Part shown: positions 8,515 through 16,805 of the stretch, one piece after another
Numbering within the stretch: the stretch's first letter is position 1
Layout: the number at the start of each line of letters is the position of its first letter
Source of the DNA: Candidatus Woesearchaeota archaeon
GTDB taxonomy: Archaea > Nanobdellota > Nanobdellia > Woesearchaeales > GW2011-AR4
DNA: 32,047 nt
Direction: 5' to 3'
Assembly (NCBI GenBank): GCA_016185815.1
Contig: JACPMT010000040.1
Span: 1 to 32,047 of the forward strand
The notes under the pieces: generated by a model
The model's input: the letters and a program-made list of their open reading frames with translations, nothing else
Database searches by the model: none
What the model was told of the DNA's origin: nothing
Translations under genes and position numbers: made by a program

Positions 8515-10923
8515 ATGAAACTAATCGCGGACCTGCAGATTCATTCACGCTTTTCAAGAGCTACAAGCTCAAGCTTGAATCTCCCAAATCTTGAAAAATA
8601 TGCGAAGCTAAAGGGGCTTAATCTTCTCGGAACAGGCGACTTTACCCATCCAAAATGGCTTGCTGAATTAAAAAATGAATTAAAAGAAGATGGCTCCGGG
8701 ATTTTGGCATCAAAATCCGGATTTCATTTTGTCTTGCAGGGGGAAATATCCAACATTTACACACAGGATGGAAAAGGAAGAAGAATTCATAACTTATTAC
8801 TTGCAAGAAATTTTGAGGTTGTTGAGCAGATAAATTCCGCATTGCTGAAAAAAGGCAGGCTTGATTATGACGGCAGGCCCATTTTCGGCTTTTCATGCAT
8901 TGAGTTAGTGGAAATGATGAAGGAAATTGACGATGAAATTGAAATCATTCCGGCGCATTGTCTACTACCTGGAACCATTATTCATTCTAATCCTAAACTT
9001 ATGCCTATAGAACACTTAAAAAATGGTGATAAAGTTCTTACTCATAAAAGTAAATATAGAAAAGTAAAGGCTATTCATAATAGGCACTACAAGGGTGATA
9101 TTTACCATATAAAACCTAGGTATTTTAGTTTAGGCTTAAACACAACTGAAGAACATCCTTTTTTTGCTATAAAAACTTTAAAAGATTGTTCGTGGACAAG
9201 CGGAATATGTAAGCCTACATATCCCCATATCAAACGTTGTGTTACAAATGCATATCAAAAATATGAACCAAGATGGATTCAAGCTAAAAATCTAGAAGTA
9301 GGTGATGTTTTACTTTACCCAAGACTAACATCTACTAAAGATGTAAAATATGTAAAGATTGGTAATGATAATGTTAGAGTTGATGAAAAATTCTGTAGAT
9401 TAATTGGTTACTACTTGGCTGAAGGATACACCAATGGACGCGACTGCATAGGATTTAGCTTTAATAAGGAAGAGACTCAATTTTTAAATGACGTCAGATA
9501 TTTAATTTCAGAGGTATTAAAATATAAATCAAAAGAAGGAAAAACCTTTGGCGATATATTAGTATACTCGAATAGGATACGTTTATTCTTTGAGGAAAAC
9601 TTTTATTGTGATAATCAAAAGAGAGCAAGTTCAAAATCCATGCCTTATTGGATGTTGAAGCTACCACTGAAAAAACAAGTTGAAATCTTAAAGGGTTGGT
9701 GGTATGGTGACAGGGGTAGCACATCTTCAAGAACATTAATGAACCAATTTAAGATTATCTGTTTAAGGCTTGGAGTTGTACCATCTATAAGAGTGGATAC
9801 TAAAGATTCACATATATTACGTGGAAAACATATACTTAAAAATAGAATAATAACAGCACAAAGTGATAATTATATTTTAGATAGACTAACTTTCTTTGAG
9901 GATAAATTCAATTTATTAAAAAATGAATATTTTAGAATATGCAAGCCTAAAAAAGAAATGAAATATGGTTGGATTGATAACAAGTATGTATATCTTCCAA
10001 TATTTAAAATAATCAAAAAGCATTATGAAGGTTATGTTTATAATCTCGAAGTGGAAGAGGACAACTCCTATGTTGCAGAATTTGCTGCTATCCATAATTG
10101 CTGGACGCCTTGGTACGGAATTTTCGGCAGCATGTCAGGATTTGACAGTGTTGAGGAATGCTTTAAGGAAAAGTCAAAGCATATTTACGCAATTGAAACC
10201 GGCTTAAGCTCCGACCCTGCAATGAACTGGCGCCTTTCAAAGCTCGACAAATATACTTTGCTGAGCAGCTCTGACGCCCATTCATTCTGGCCATGGCGCC
10301 TGGGAAGGGAAGCAAATGTTTTTGACATGGATTGGAGCTACGATGATTTACTGCAAGCAATAAGGAAGAGAAAAGGATTTGTCGAGACAATTGAGATGTG
10401 GCCTCATGAAGGAAAATACCATTACACAGGGCACAGGAACTGCAATGTCTGTTTAAGCCCGAAAGAATCCATTGAATTAAAAAATATATGCCCAAAGTGC
10501 AGAACCCCCCTTACTGTTGGGGTTGCCCAAAGGGTTGAAATGCTTGCAGACAGGGAAGAGGGATTTGTCCCTGAAAATGCAGTTCCATTCAAGAATTTAA
10601 TACCTTTGTCCGAGGTTATTGCAGGCACAACAGGGCATGCAGTAAGCTCAAAGCAAGTTTGGGAAGAATATTACAAATTAATCAATGAATTTGGAAATGA
10701 ATTTAACATTTTGTTGGAAGCAGAAGAAACAAACTTGAAAAAAATAACTTCTGAGAAGATTGCAAATAACATTATAAAAAACAGAAACCAGAAAATTCCA
10801 TTCAAGCCGGGATATGACGGGGTTTATGGGGTGCCGATTTTTAATGATAAATACGCGATAAAAATTAAAGAACAAAATAATGAATTAAAAATCAAACAAA
10901 AAGGGCTGGACGAGTTTATGTAA
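8515..10923 (+). CDS. endoQ: Endonuclease Q family (PHP-domain) protein, intein-containing
   Basis: ADLQIHSRFS, GTGDFTHP, PAH...WTPW, ETGLSSD, SSSDAHS, Zn finger GKYHYTGHRNC..CPKC, PGYDGVYG and a C-terminal PIP-like box QKGLDEF. Confidence 0.92.
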   Translation: MKLIADLQIHSRFSRATSSSLNLPNLEKYAKLKGLNLLGTGDFTHPKWLAELKNELKEDGSGILASKSGFHFVLQGEISNIYTQDGKGRRIHNLLLARNFEVVEQINSALLKKGRLDYDGRPIFGFSCIELVEMMKEIDDEIEIIPAHCLLPGTIIHSNPKLMPIEHLKNGDKVLTHKSKYRKVKAIHNRHYKGDIYHIKPRYFSLGLNTTEEHPFFAIKTLKDCSWTSGICKPTYPHIKRCVTNAYQKYEPRWIQAKNLEVGDVLLYPRLTSTKDVKYVKIGNDNVRVDEKFCRLIGYYLAEGYTNGRDCIGFSFNKEETQFLNDVRYLISEVLKYKSKEGKTFGDILVYSNRIRLFFEENFYCDNQKRASSKSMPYWMLKLPLKKQVEILKGWWYGDRGSTSSRTLMNQFKIICLRLGVVPSIRVDTKDSHILRGKHILKNRIITAQSDNYILDRLTFFEDKFNLLKNEYFRICKPKKEMKYGWIDNKYVYLPIFKIIKKHYEGYVYNLEVEEDNSYVAEFAAIHNCWTPWYGIFGSMSGFDSVEECFKEKSKHIYAIETGLSSDPAMNWRLSKLDKYTLLSSSDAHSFWPWRLGREANVFDMDWSYDDLLQAIRKRKGFVETIEMWPHEGKYHYTGHRNCNVCLSPKESIELKNICPKCRTPLTVGVAQRVEMLADREEGFVPENAVPFKNLIPLSEVIAGTTGHAVSSKQVWEEYYKLINEFGNEFNILLEAEETNLKKITSEKIANNIIKNRNQKIPFKPGYDGVYGVPIFNDKYAIKIKEQNNELKIKQKGLDEFM
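8959..10098 (+). mobile_element. Intein (380 aa) with LAGLIDADG endonuclease region
   Basis: Begins CLLPGT and has block B TTEEHPFF, block C LIGYYLAEG, a degenerate block E LKGWWYGDRG and block F VYNLEVEEDNSY. Ends IHN followed by extein Cys. Markedly AT-richer than the exteins. Confidence 0.93.
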
Positions 10924-10927
10924 TATA

Positions 10928-11114
10928 TCCCCGCGGCCGGATTTGAACCAGCGACCTCCCGGGAACGACTGATTCTAGTTCATCCCTAGCTTATTGCTTA
11001 TGGTCTTAGAACGCATCTATGGCCAAACTTCTATTAAGTTTCACAGCCGAGCGCTCCATTCCCTAGCGAGCCAATTTTTTAAAATTGGCAGCTTCCAGGT
11101 TGAGCTACGCGGGG
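10928..11114 (-). tRNA. trnY: tRNA-Tyr(GUA) with three putative introns (D-loop, 35/36, about 37/38)
   Basis: Acceptor CCCCGCG/CGCGGGG+A (C1:G72, A73, archaeal Tyr identity) and T-arm GCTGG-TTCAAAT-CCGGC. Removing 11060-11093, 11019-11042 and about 10964-11016 gives a 76-nt tRNA with anticodon GTA. TTTATAAA box about 25 nt upstream. Confidence 0.82.
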
Positions 11115-11165
11115 AATATAAGACTAAATTAAATCTTGATTTATAAATATTGTGCAAAATAAATA

Positions 11166-11270
11166 GGCGGGCCTGAGCGATGTGGAAAAACAGCAGTGAC
11201 ATAAGCGAGCGAAAGCGAGCTTTCGCAGGTCACTCGAGTGCTAACGTTGCAAAGCAGATTGAACAATTAA
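11166..11270. repeat. Structured intergenic element related to 16505-16767
   Basis: Nested stems GCGATGT/ACGTTGC, AGTGAC/GTCACT and AAGC-GAGCGAAAGCGA-GCTT. Its end GCAAAGCAGATTGAACAATT resembles GCGAAGCGGATTGACAATT near 16704-16722. Confidence 0.5.
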
Positions 11271-11324
11271 AAATTTAATTATAAAATTTTATCCAAATAT
11301 CAACCAAGAAATGAAAAATATCCT

Positions 11325-11606
11325 TTACCTGTTTTTGCTTAATGTTATCTCGATTGTTGAAACCCTTATGTCCCTTCCCTCATCGCTCCTGAAGCCTTCC
11401 GAGTCAATCCTTATGCCTTTGACAGCAACCGCATTGTCCAGAAATCTTTTTGCAGCCACCTCGGCAACATCCACAGCCCTTGATATGAACTTGCCCCTTG
11501 CCTTTATTATGACGTCGTCTGCATTCTTGGTTGTGAACTGCATAACAACTCCTGTAACATAGTTCATGAACGGCTTTCCGCCTATGAAAATGCTGTTGTC
11601 GTTCAT
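11325..11606 (-). CDS. albA: DNA/RNA-binding protein Alba
   Basis: IFIGGKPFMNYV, IIKARGKFISRAVDVAE and VSTIEITL. SD GGAGG precedes ATG 11606; alternative start at 11645. Confidence 0.95.
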   Translation of the reverse strand: MNDNSIFIGGKPFMNYVTGVVMQFTTKNADDVIIKARGKFISRAVDVAEVAAKRFLDNAVAVKGIRIDSEGFRSDEGRDIRVSTIEITLSKNR

Positions 11607-11819
11607 TTTTCTGCCTCCCTCGCTATACTCTGTTATTGTAGACATTGAATAATCACTTGCCCCCAAATATAAACAATCTTGGCATAGATGTATTTAAATG
11701 TTTTGGAATTATAGCTCAAGAATTTCAGGTTTGATTCTATCAATGATAGGCTTTACTTTTTTTATCATATCTTTGGTAATTTCTGGGAATACCTTATAAA
11801 TAGGGACGAATTCATTATT

Positions 11820-13055
11820 TCATCCTTTAACAATCCTCGCCAGTATAACTTTCTTGCCCTGGACATCCTCCATTGTTGTCTTGTAGCCTTGGTGCTCTAT
11901 GACATCGCCGACCTTAGGCGCCCTTCCGAGCGTTGCAAGTATAAAGCTGTCCAAGTCGACAAAATCCGCCTCTTTCACAGACATGCCTGTCTTGTGGTTT
12001 AAGTCGCTTATTTCAGTTGAACCTTTTACAAGCCACTCGTTTTTTGAAACTTGCGCAATGTTCGGGTTTATCCTGTCGCTTTCGTCAATAATCTCTCCTA
12101 CAATCTCTTCCAGAATGTTTTCTATCGTGACAAGCCCGACAATATGGGCTTTTTCGTCAATCACAATTGCCATGTGCTCCTTCCTGCCCTGGAAAAGGCG
12201 GAGCATTGTGTCCATTTTCTTGCTTGCAAAGACAAAAAACGGCTTCCTCATGATTTGCCTTGCTTCCACGTCATATTTCCCGTCTTTCAGAAACTTGAGG
12301 GTGTCTTTCAGGTGCAAAATTCCCACAATATTCTCCTTATTTTTTTCATAAACAGGAATCCTCGAGTACATCTTTGCTGTTGGAAGCCGCAGCACATCCT
12401 TAATCTTCATGTCAGAGCTTACCATCACCATGCTTTTCTTTCTGGTCATCACATCGCCAACTGTCGTGTTCTCAAAGTCGAATATCCGGTTCACAAGCTT
12501 TTTCTCAATCTCTTTTAATGCGCCTTCCTCCTCGCTTGCCTTTACTATGCTTTTGAGCTCCTCCCTTGTTATTATTGGTATTTTTTTGGCGCCTATGATT
12601 TTATTCACAGCCTTGAGGAAATAATCGAGAAATTTTATGATGGGATAGATGGCTATGTTAAGGTTCCATATTACAGGAGCAACTATAGGCGCTAAAATCT
12701 CGTTGTTGTTTGTTCCGATTGACTTGGGCAATATATCCCCAAAAATCAGTATGAAGAATGTTGCAACTCCTGTCGCTATGCCTATAGCATTGTCATGGAA
12801 AACTTCTATTGCGATTGATGTGGCAAGCGCCGCCGCCGCTGTGTTCACCAGATTGTTCCCGATAAGAATCGTTGACAAAAGCACCTCGGGGTTGTCTTTC
12901 AGTTTTTTTACATACGCTGAGCCAAGCCTTTTCTTTTCAGCCCAGTGCCTTGCCTTGAATTTGCTTAATGATACTAATGCAGTTTCCGACATGGCAAAGA
13001 AAGCTGACAGTACTATCATGATAAAAAACAATATTGCTCTTGTGTGGAATGACAT
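11820..13055 (-). CDS. CNNM/CorC (hemolysin-family) Mg2+/Co2+ transporter: DUF21 + 2 CBS + CorC_HlyC
   Basis: SAFFAMSETALVS, TILIGNNLVN, FGDILPKS, YSRIPVY and GLVTIENILEEIVGEI. Confidence 0.92.
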   Translation of the reverse strand: MSFHTRAILFFIMIVLSAFFAMSETALVSLSKFKARHWAEKKRLGSAYVKKLKDNPEVLLSTILIGNNLVNTAAAALATSIAIEVFHDNAIGIATGVATFFILIFGDILPKSIGTNNNEILAPIVAPVIWNLNIAIYPIIKFLDYFLKAVNKIIGAKKIPIITREELKSIVKASEEEGALKEIEKKLVNRIFDFENTTVGDVMTRKKSMVMVSSDMKIKDVLRLPTAKMYSRIPVYEKNKENIVGILHLKDTLKFLKDGKYDVEARQIMRKPFFVFASKKMDTMLRLFQGRKEHMAIVIDEKAHIVGLVTIENILEEIVGEIIDESDRINPNIAQVSKNEWLVKGSTEISDLNHKTGMSVKEADFVDLDSFILATLGRAPKVGDVIEHQGYKTTMEDVQGKKVILARIVKG

Positions 13056-13085
13056 TTTATTTTTTAGGTTTTTTATTGCCGGCTC

Positions 13086-14747
13086 TTACATCCTCTCCAA
13101 AACGCCTATCCCGAGCAAACTTAGCCCGTTCCTTATCACTTGCCTTATAACGCTTATCAGTAATATTCTTGCATCTCTTGTGCTTTTGCCTGCCTTTAGG
13201 ATTTGATGGATGTGGTAGTATTCATTGAACTTCTGCGCCAATGAGTAAATGTGGGCTGCAATTAAGTGCGGCTTTAGCTCATTTGTGGATTTGTTCACAA
13301 TTTCCTGAAAATTTGACAACAAACTGATTAATTCAGCCTCTTCTTTCTCCTTTAACAACCTTAAATCCGCCTTTGGACTTATTTTTTTTGCCTTTTTCAA
13401 TATGCTGCTTATCCTTGCATAAGCGTATTGTATGTAAGGCGATGTTTCTCCTTCAAACGACAATGCCTGCTGCCAGTCAAACACCACATTCTTTTCAGGG
13501 CTCACTTTCAAAATGCCGTATTTCACAGCGCCGTAAGCAATGATTTTTGCAGCTTTATCGTTAATTTTATTGTATCTTTTTTTTAACTCATCTCTTGCTT
13601 TGCTGACTGCTTCCCTCATAAATTCTTCCAACAGCACAAGGTTGCCTTTCCTTGTTGACATCTTGCCATCCTGCAATAAAACAAAAGAGTAGTGGACAAC
13701 CCTTGGCTGCTTCAGCTCAAGCTCCTTGAGCGCTGCATTAATCTGCTCCTGGTACAGTTTTTGGTCCTCGCCTAAAATCACTATGTTCTCCCCTTTCTCG
13801 ATTTTTTCAATGCTGTATGCAATGTCCCTTAAAGGATAAAGCGAGGTTCCGTCATTCCTTGTTAAAACCAGAACAGGCACTTTCATTCCAAGCTCGTACC
13901 CTTTTTGGTCCAGAACCCATCTGTTGAAGCCGTCAATGAACAATTTTCCTGTTTTTTCCAATCGCTTCAGGGTTTCATCAGTTTTTTTGCTCCACAGGTA
14001 TTCTGATTCGTAATCAAAAACGTCGTACTTTATGCCCAGCTCAGAAAGGATTTCTAACTGCCCCTTGACGCAGATTTTTACAATTTTTTCAAATTTGTTT
14101 TTTGTTGTTTTGTCGCCCTTTTCCAGCTTGTTCAGCAATTCCAAAACTTGCTTTTCCAATTCAGGATTTTCCTCAATCTTTTTATTTATTTCAATGTAGA
14201 TTCTCAACAAGTCATCAAATCCAACATTTTTCTTTCCTTCTGCACCAAGAACAAGCATTGCAATCTGCTTGCCGACATCATTTACAAAATAATGCGTCTC
14301 GACTTTGTAGCCCTGAAATTTAAGGATTCTGACAATTGCATCACCAATCAATGCATTTCTTGCCCTGCCGACATGGGGGGATGCGTTTGGGTTTATGCTT
14401 GTGTGCTCAACTAAAACTTTTTTATTTTTCCCTATATTTGATGAGCCGTATTTGTCCTTTTGCTTCAGGATTTGTTTTATTGCGGATTCTGCAATTTTCT
14501 TTTTATTAATAAAAAAATTCAGGTACGGACCGATAACTTTGGCTTCTGCAATCACATTATTCGGCTTAAACTTCCTGCTTAATTCTAGAGCTATTTCATT
14601 TGGCGACTTCTTCCATTCCTTTGCAAGGATAAAACACGGAAACGCATAGTCGCCCATTTCAGGGCTTGGAGGAACTTCTAAATCTATGTTTTCAAGATTT
14701 GTCTCTTTTTTTAGGAAGTTTATGATTGCCTCTTTAAATTCATCCAT
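13086..14747 (-). CDS. argS: Arginine--tRNA ligase
   Basis: MGDYAFPCF, GPYLNF, HIGH-like PHVG, KMSTRKG and FEGETSPYIQYAYARISSI. Confidence 0.97.
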   Translation of the reverse strand: MDEFKEAIINFLKKETNLENIDLEVPPSPEMGDYAFPCFILAKEWKKSPNEIALELSRKFKPNNVIAEAKVIGPYLNFFINKKKIAESAIKQILKQKDKYGSSNIGKNKKVLVEHTSINPNASPHVGRARNALIGDAIVRILKFQGYKVETHYFVNDVGKQIAMLVLGAEGKKNVGFDDLLRIYIEINKKIEENPELEKQVLELLNKLEKGDKTTKNKFEKIVKICVKGQLEILSELGIKYDVFDYESEYLWSKKTDETLKRLEKTGKLFIDGFNRWVLDQKGYELGMKVPVLVLTRNDGTSLYPLRDIAYSIEKIEKGENIVILGEDQKLYQEQINAALKELELKQPRVVHYSFVLLQDGKMSTRKGNLVLLEEFMREAVSKARDELKKRYNKINDKAAKIIAYGAVKYGILKVSPEKNVVFDWQQALSFEGETSPYIQYAYARISSILKKAKKISPKADLRLLKEKEEAELISLLSNFQEIVNKSTNELKPHLIAAHIYSLAQKFNEYYHIHQILKAGKSTRDARILLISVIRQVIRNGLSLLGIGVLERM

Positions 14748-14788
14748 AAAAATTCATTAGAAATGGTATGATTTAAAGGTTTTGGTGG

Positions 14789-15799
14789 TTAAAGCGATGC
14801 AAGTGCCTTGGTTGATATGCCAGCTACTTTCCTTTTGACAAGTTCTACTTGATTTCCAGATGTTGCGTGCTTTAATATGTAAGATTCCGTTGCGCTTGCA
14901 AATTCCCCGAGAATCTCTTCCACGTATTGCCGGTTTTTACTTGCCAGCACTGCAATAGCCTCTTTTAGCAGCATTTCCTTGCGCTCTTCTGTCACATCAA
15001 AAATCTTGCTTTTTGCGTATTCAAGTCCTTTACCTTTTAAATCAGCAGATAAAAAAGCAAGGTATGTCAAAAGCTGAACCTGTCTTGGAACAAAAGTGAC
15101 ATACCCATTGCGTGAAAATTTAGCGAATAACCGTTCCATAGGACCTTGTTTCCTTGGTTTTACGCCAAGAGAATAGTAACCAAGCATTGCTGACAAAGGA
15201 CATTCCCCATCTTTTTCTCTAACGAGACTGGGAAATTTGGCAAACATATGGGATAATTCAAGGTGCTCATTTGCATATGGTATGAATTCGTCGCTTCCGA
15301 AACAGGAATGCCCGAGGTCGTGGACAAGTATCCTTAATGCTTCGGCAGGTTTGCTGTCCGCATCAATATAAACCCTGTTTGCATTTCCCAAATCATTCTC
15401 ATTATGGTATGCGCCATCCATGCCCATTTTGCTAAGCCCTTTTATTACTGCTACCTCCAAAGGCTTTTTTGATCCATAAGATTTTCTCATGTGTTCCGGG
15501 TAGCTCATTCCACAGAGCAAATGATGCACATAATTTGCAATATCAACAAAGGCAGGGACATAAGCAGCTGTTCCTGCTGGTGCACCGGATTTAAGGGCAT
15601 CCACCAGTTGCCCTATATCAACAGGCCTGACAGAATAAGGCACGGCATGCACCTGCAAAATCTCATTGTTTGGGAATATAATATCACCAGAACGTTTCGT
15701 TTCTGCACTAGCCCGACTGGCGAGCAATGCATGCGATGATGCGCCTGCGACTAGCCATAGCAGATCCCTGCGACTAAGTTTGTGTTGGCTTAATCCCAT
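14789..15799 (-). CDS. Hypothetical exported protein with twin-arginine-like signal
   Basis: MGLSQHKLSRRDLLWLVAGASSHALLASRASA and an HDLGH motif. Start chosen at ATG 15799, downstream of a TTTATATA box. Confidence 0.7.
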   Translation of the reverse strand: MGLSQHKLSRRDLLWLVAGASSHALLASRASAETKRSGDIIFPNNEILQVHAVPYSVRPVDIGQLVDALKSGAPAGTAAYVPAFVDIANYVHHLLCGMSYPEHMRKSYGSKKPLEVAVIKGLSKMGMDGAYHNENDLGNANRVYIDADSKPAEALRILVHDLGHSCFGSDEFIPYANEHLELSHMFAKFPSLVREKDGECPLSAMLGYYSLGVKPRKQGPMERLFAKFSRNGYVTFVPRQVQLLTYLAFLSADLKGKGLEYAKSKIFDVTEERKEMLLKEAIAVLASKNRQYVEEILGEFASATESYILKHATSGNQVELVKRKVAGISTKALASL

Positions 15800-15867
15800 A
15801 AGAGCCCAGAGCAAGTGATGGTGTATATAAAATTTTCTGAGTGTTATCACTATTAAGAACTAAAATA

Positions 15868-16473
15868 CTAATTTCTAATCAAATCAACCAAATCCCTTAT
15901 TTTTATTATCTTCAAATTCCATCTTTTAGCCATTCTTTTCAGTTCAGGCATCTTTGCCATTTTCCCGTTTTCTCCAATAATCTCGCAGATTACGGCAGCT
16001 GGATAAAGCTTGGACAATTTGCATAGTTCAATTGCTGCTTCTGTATGTCCTGGTCTTTTTTTAAGTCCGTTAGTGTCGCGTCTTAATGGGAACACGTGCC
16101 CGGGCCTTGCCAAATCGCTTGGCTTTGTTTTTTTGTTTATCAACGCTTTGATTGTTTTTGCCCTGTCAAAAGCAGAGATGCCTGTTGTTGTGCCTTTTTT
16201 CGCATCAGCAGAAATTGTGAAGGCGCATTTTGTGAATTCTGTGTTTATCTTTGTCATTAATGGCAGCTTTAATTCATCAAGCCTTTTGCCAAGCATAGGA
16301 ATGCAAACTAATCCTCTGGCATTCCTTATCATGAAATTTATTTTTTCCGGAGAAACTTTTTCAGCAGCAAGAACTAAGTCAGCTTCGTTTTCGCGATGCC
16401 TGCCATCAACAACAATCACAAACTTTCCTTTTTTGAAGCCATTGATTGCATCTTTAACTTTGGAGAAAATCAT
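15868..16473 (-). CDS. ribB: 3,4-dihydroxy-2-butanone-4-phosphate synthase
   Basis: RENEADL, ARGLVC, TTGISAFDRA, RPGHVFPL, GHTEAA and VICEI. Start taken as ATG 16473; the longer ORF-track extension reads through a repeat element. Confidence 0.95.
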   Translation of the reverse strand: MIFSKVKDAINGFKKGKFVIVVDGRHRENEADLVLAAEKVSPEKINFMIRNARGLVCIPMLGKRLDELKLPLMTKINTEFTKCAFTISADAKKGTTTGISAFDRAKTIKALINKKTKPSDLARPGHVFPLRRDTNGLKKRPGHTEAAIELCKLSKLYPAAVICEIIGENGKMAKMPELKRMAKRWNLKIIKIRDLVDLIRN

Positions 16474-16504
16474 TTTATTGTGTTTTATTTTGTTGACGAA
16501 TATT

Positions 16505-16767
16505 TCAATCCGTCGCTTCGCGACAAAATTTACACTCGGCAAAAATTTTTCCTGCCAATAAATTTTTGCCTCGAATTTATTCAATAATATTGAATAAATT
16601 GGCGAGGTTTTGCGATGTGTCGATAAATCCTTTGGATTTTCGATCATGCTCAAAAATCTTTGATTTTTGACATGGCAGGACAGCAAAACCGAGCACTAAA
16701 ATTGCGAAGCGGATTGACAATTAAAAATAAGTTAAAACATATTCATTTTGCCGAAGGCGGATTGAAC
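16505..16767. ncRNA. Large structured intergenic element between ribD and ribB (MITE-like or cis-acting RNA)
   Basis: Outer inverted repeat TCAATCCG/CGGATTGA, several internal hairpins and a long-range complement TCCTGCCA/TGGCAGGA. Confidence 0.55.
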
Positions 16768-16805
16768 TTGTATTAAATGACTTAATGCTATGCGTTCCAA
16801 CATTG

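Noticed and set aside
10928..11114. tRNA-His(GUG) call
   Set aside because: C1:G72 with A73 and no C73 fit Tyr, and a clean BHB at 35/36 converts GTG to GTA.
11166..11265. Second tRNA or split-tRNA half (ends ...CAGGCCCG on the minus strand)
   Set aside because: No T-stem/TTCRA arm or matching 5' acceptor strand could be assembled.
16474..16805. FMN riboswitch, known ribozyme, or RibB N-terminal extension
   Set aside because: The FMN aptamer core motifs and the hammerhead CUGANGA core are absent, and no convincing HDV-like fold was found by eye. The extension is read-through of repeat DNA.
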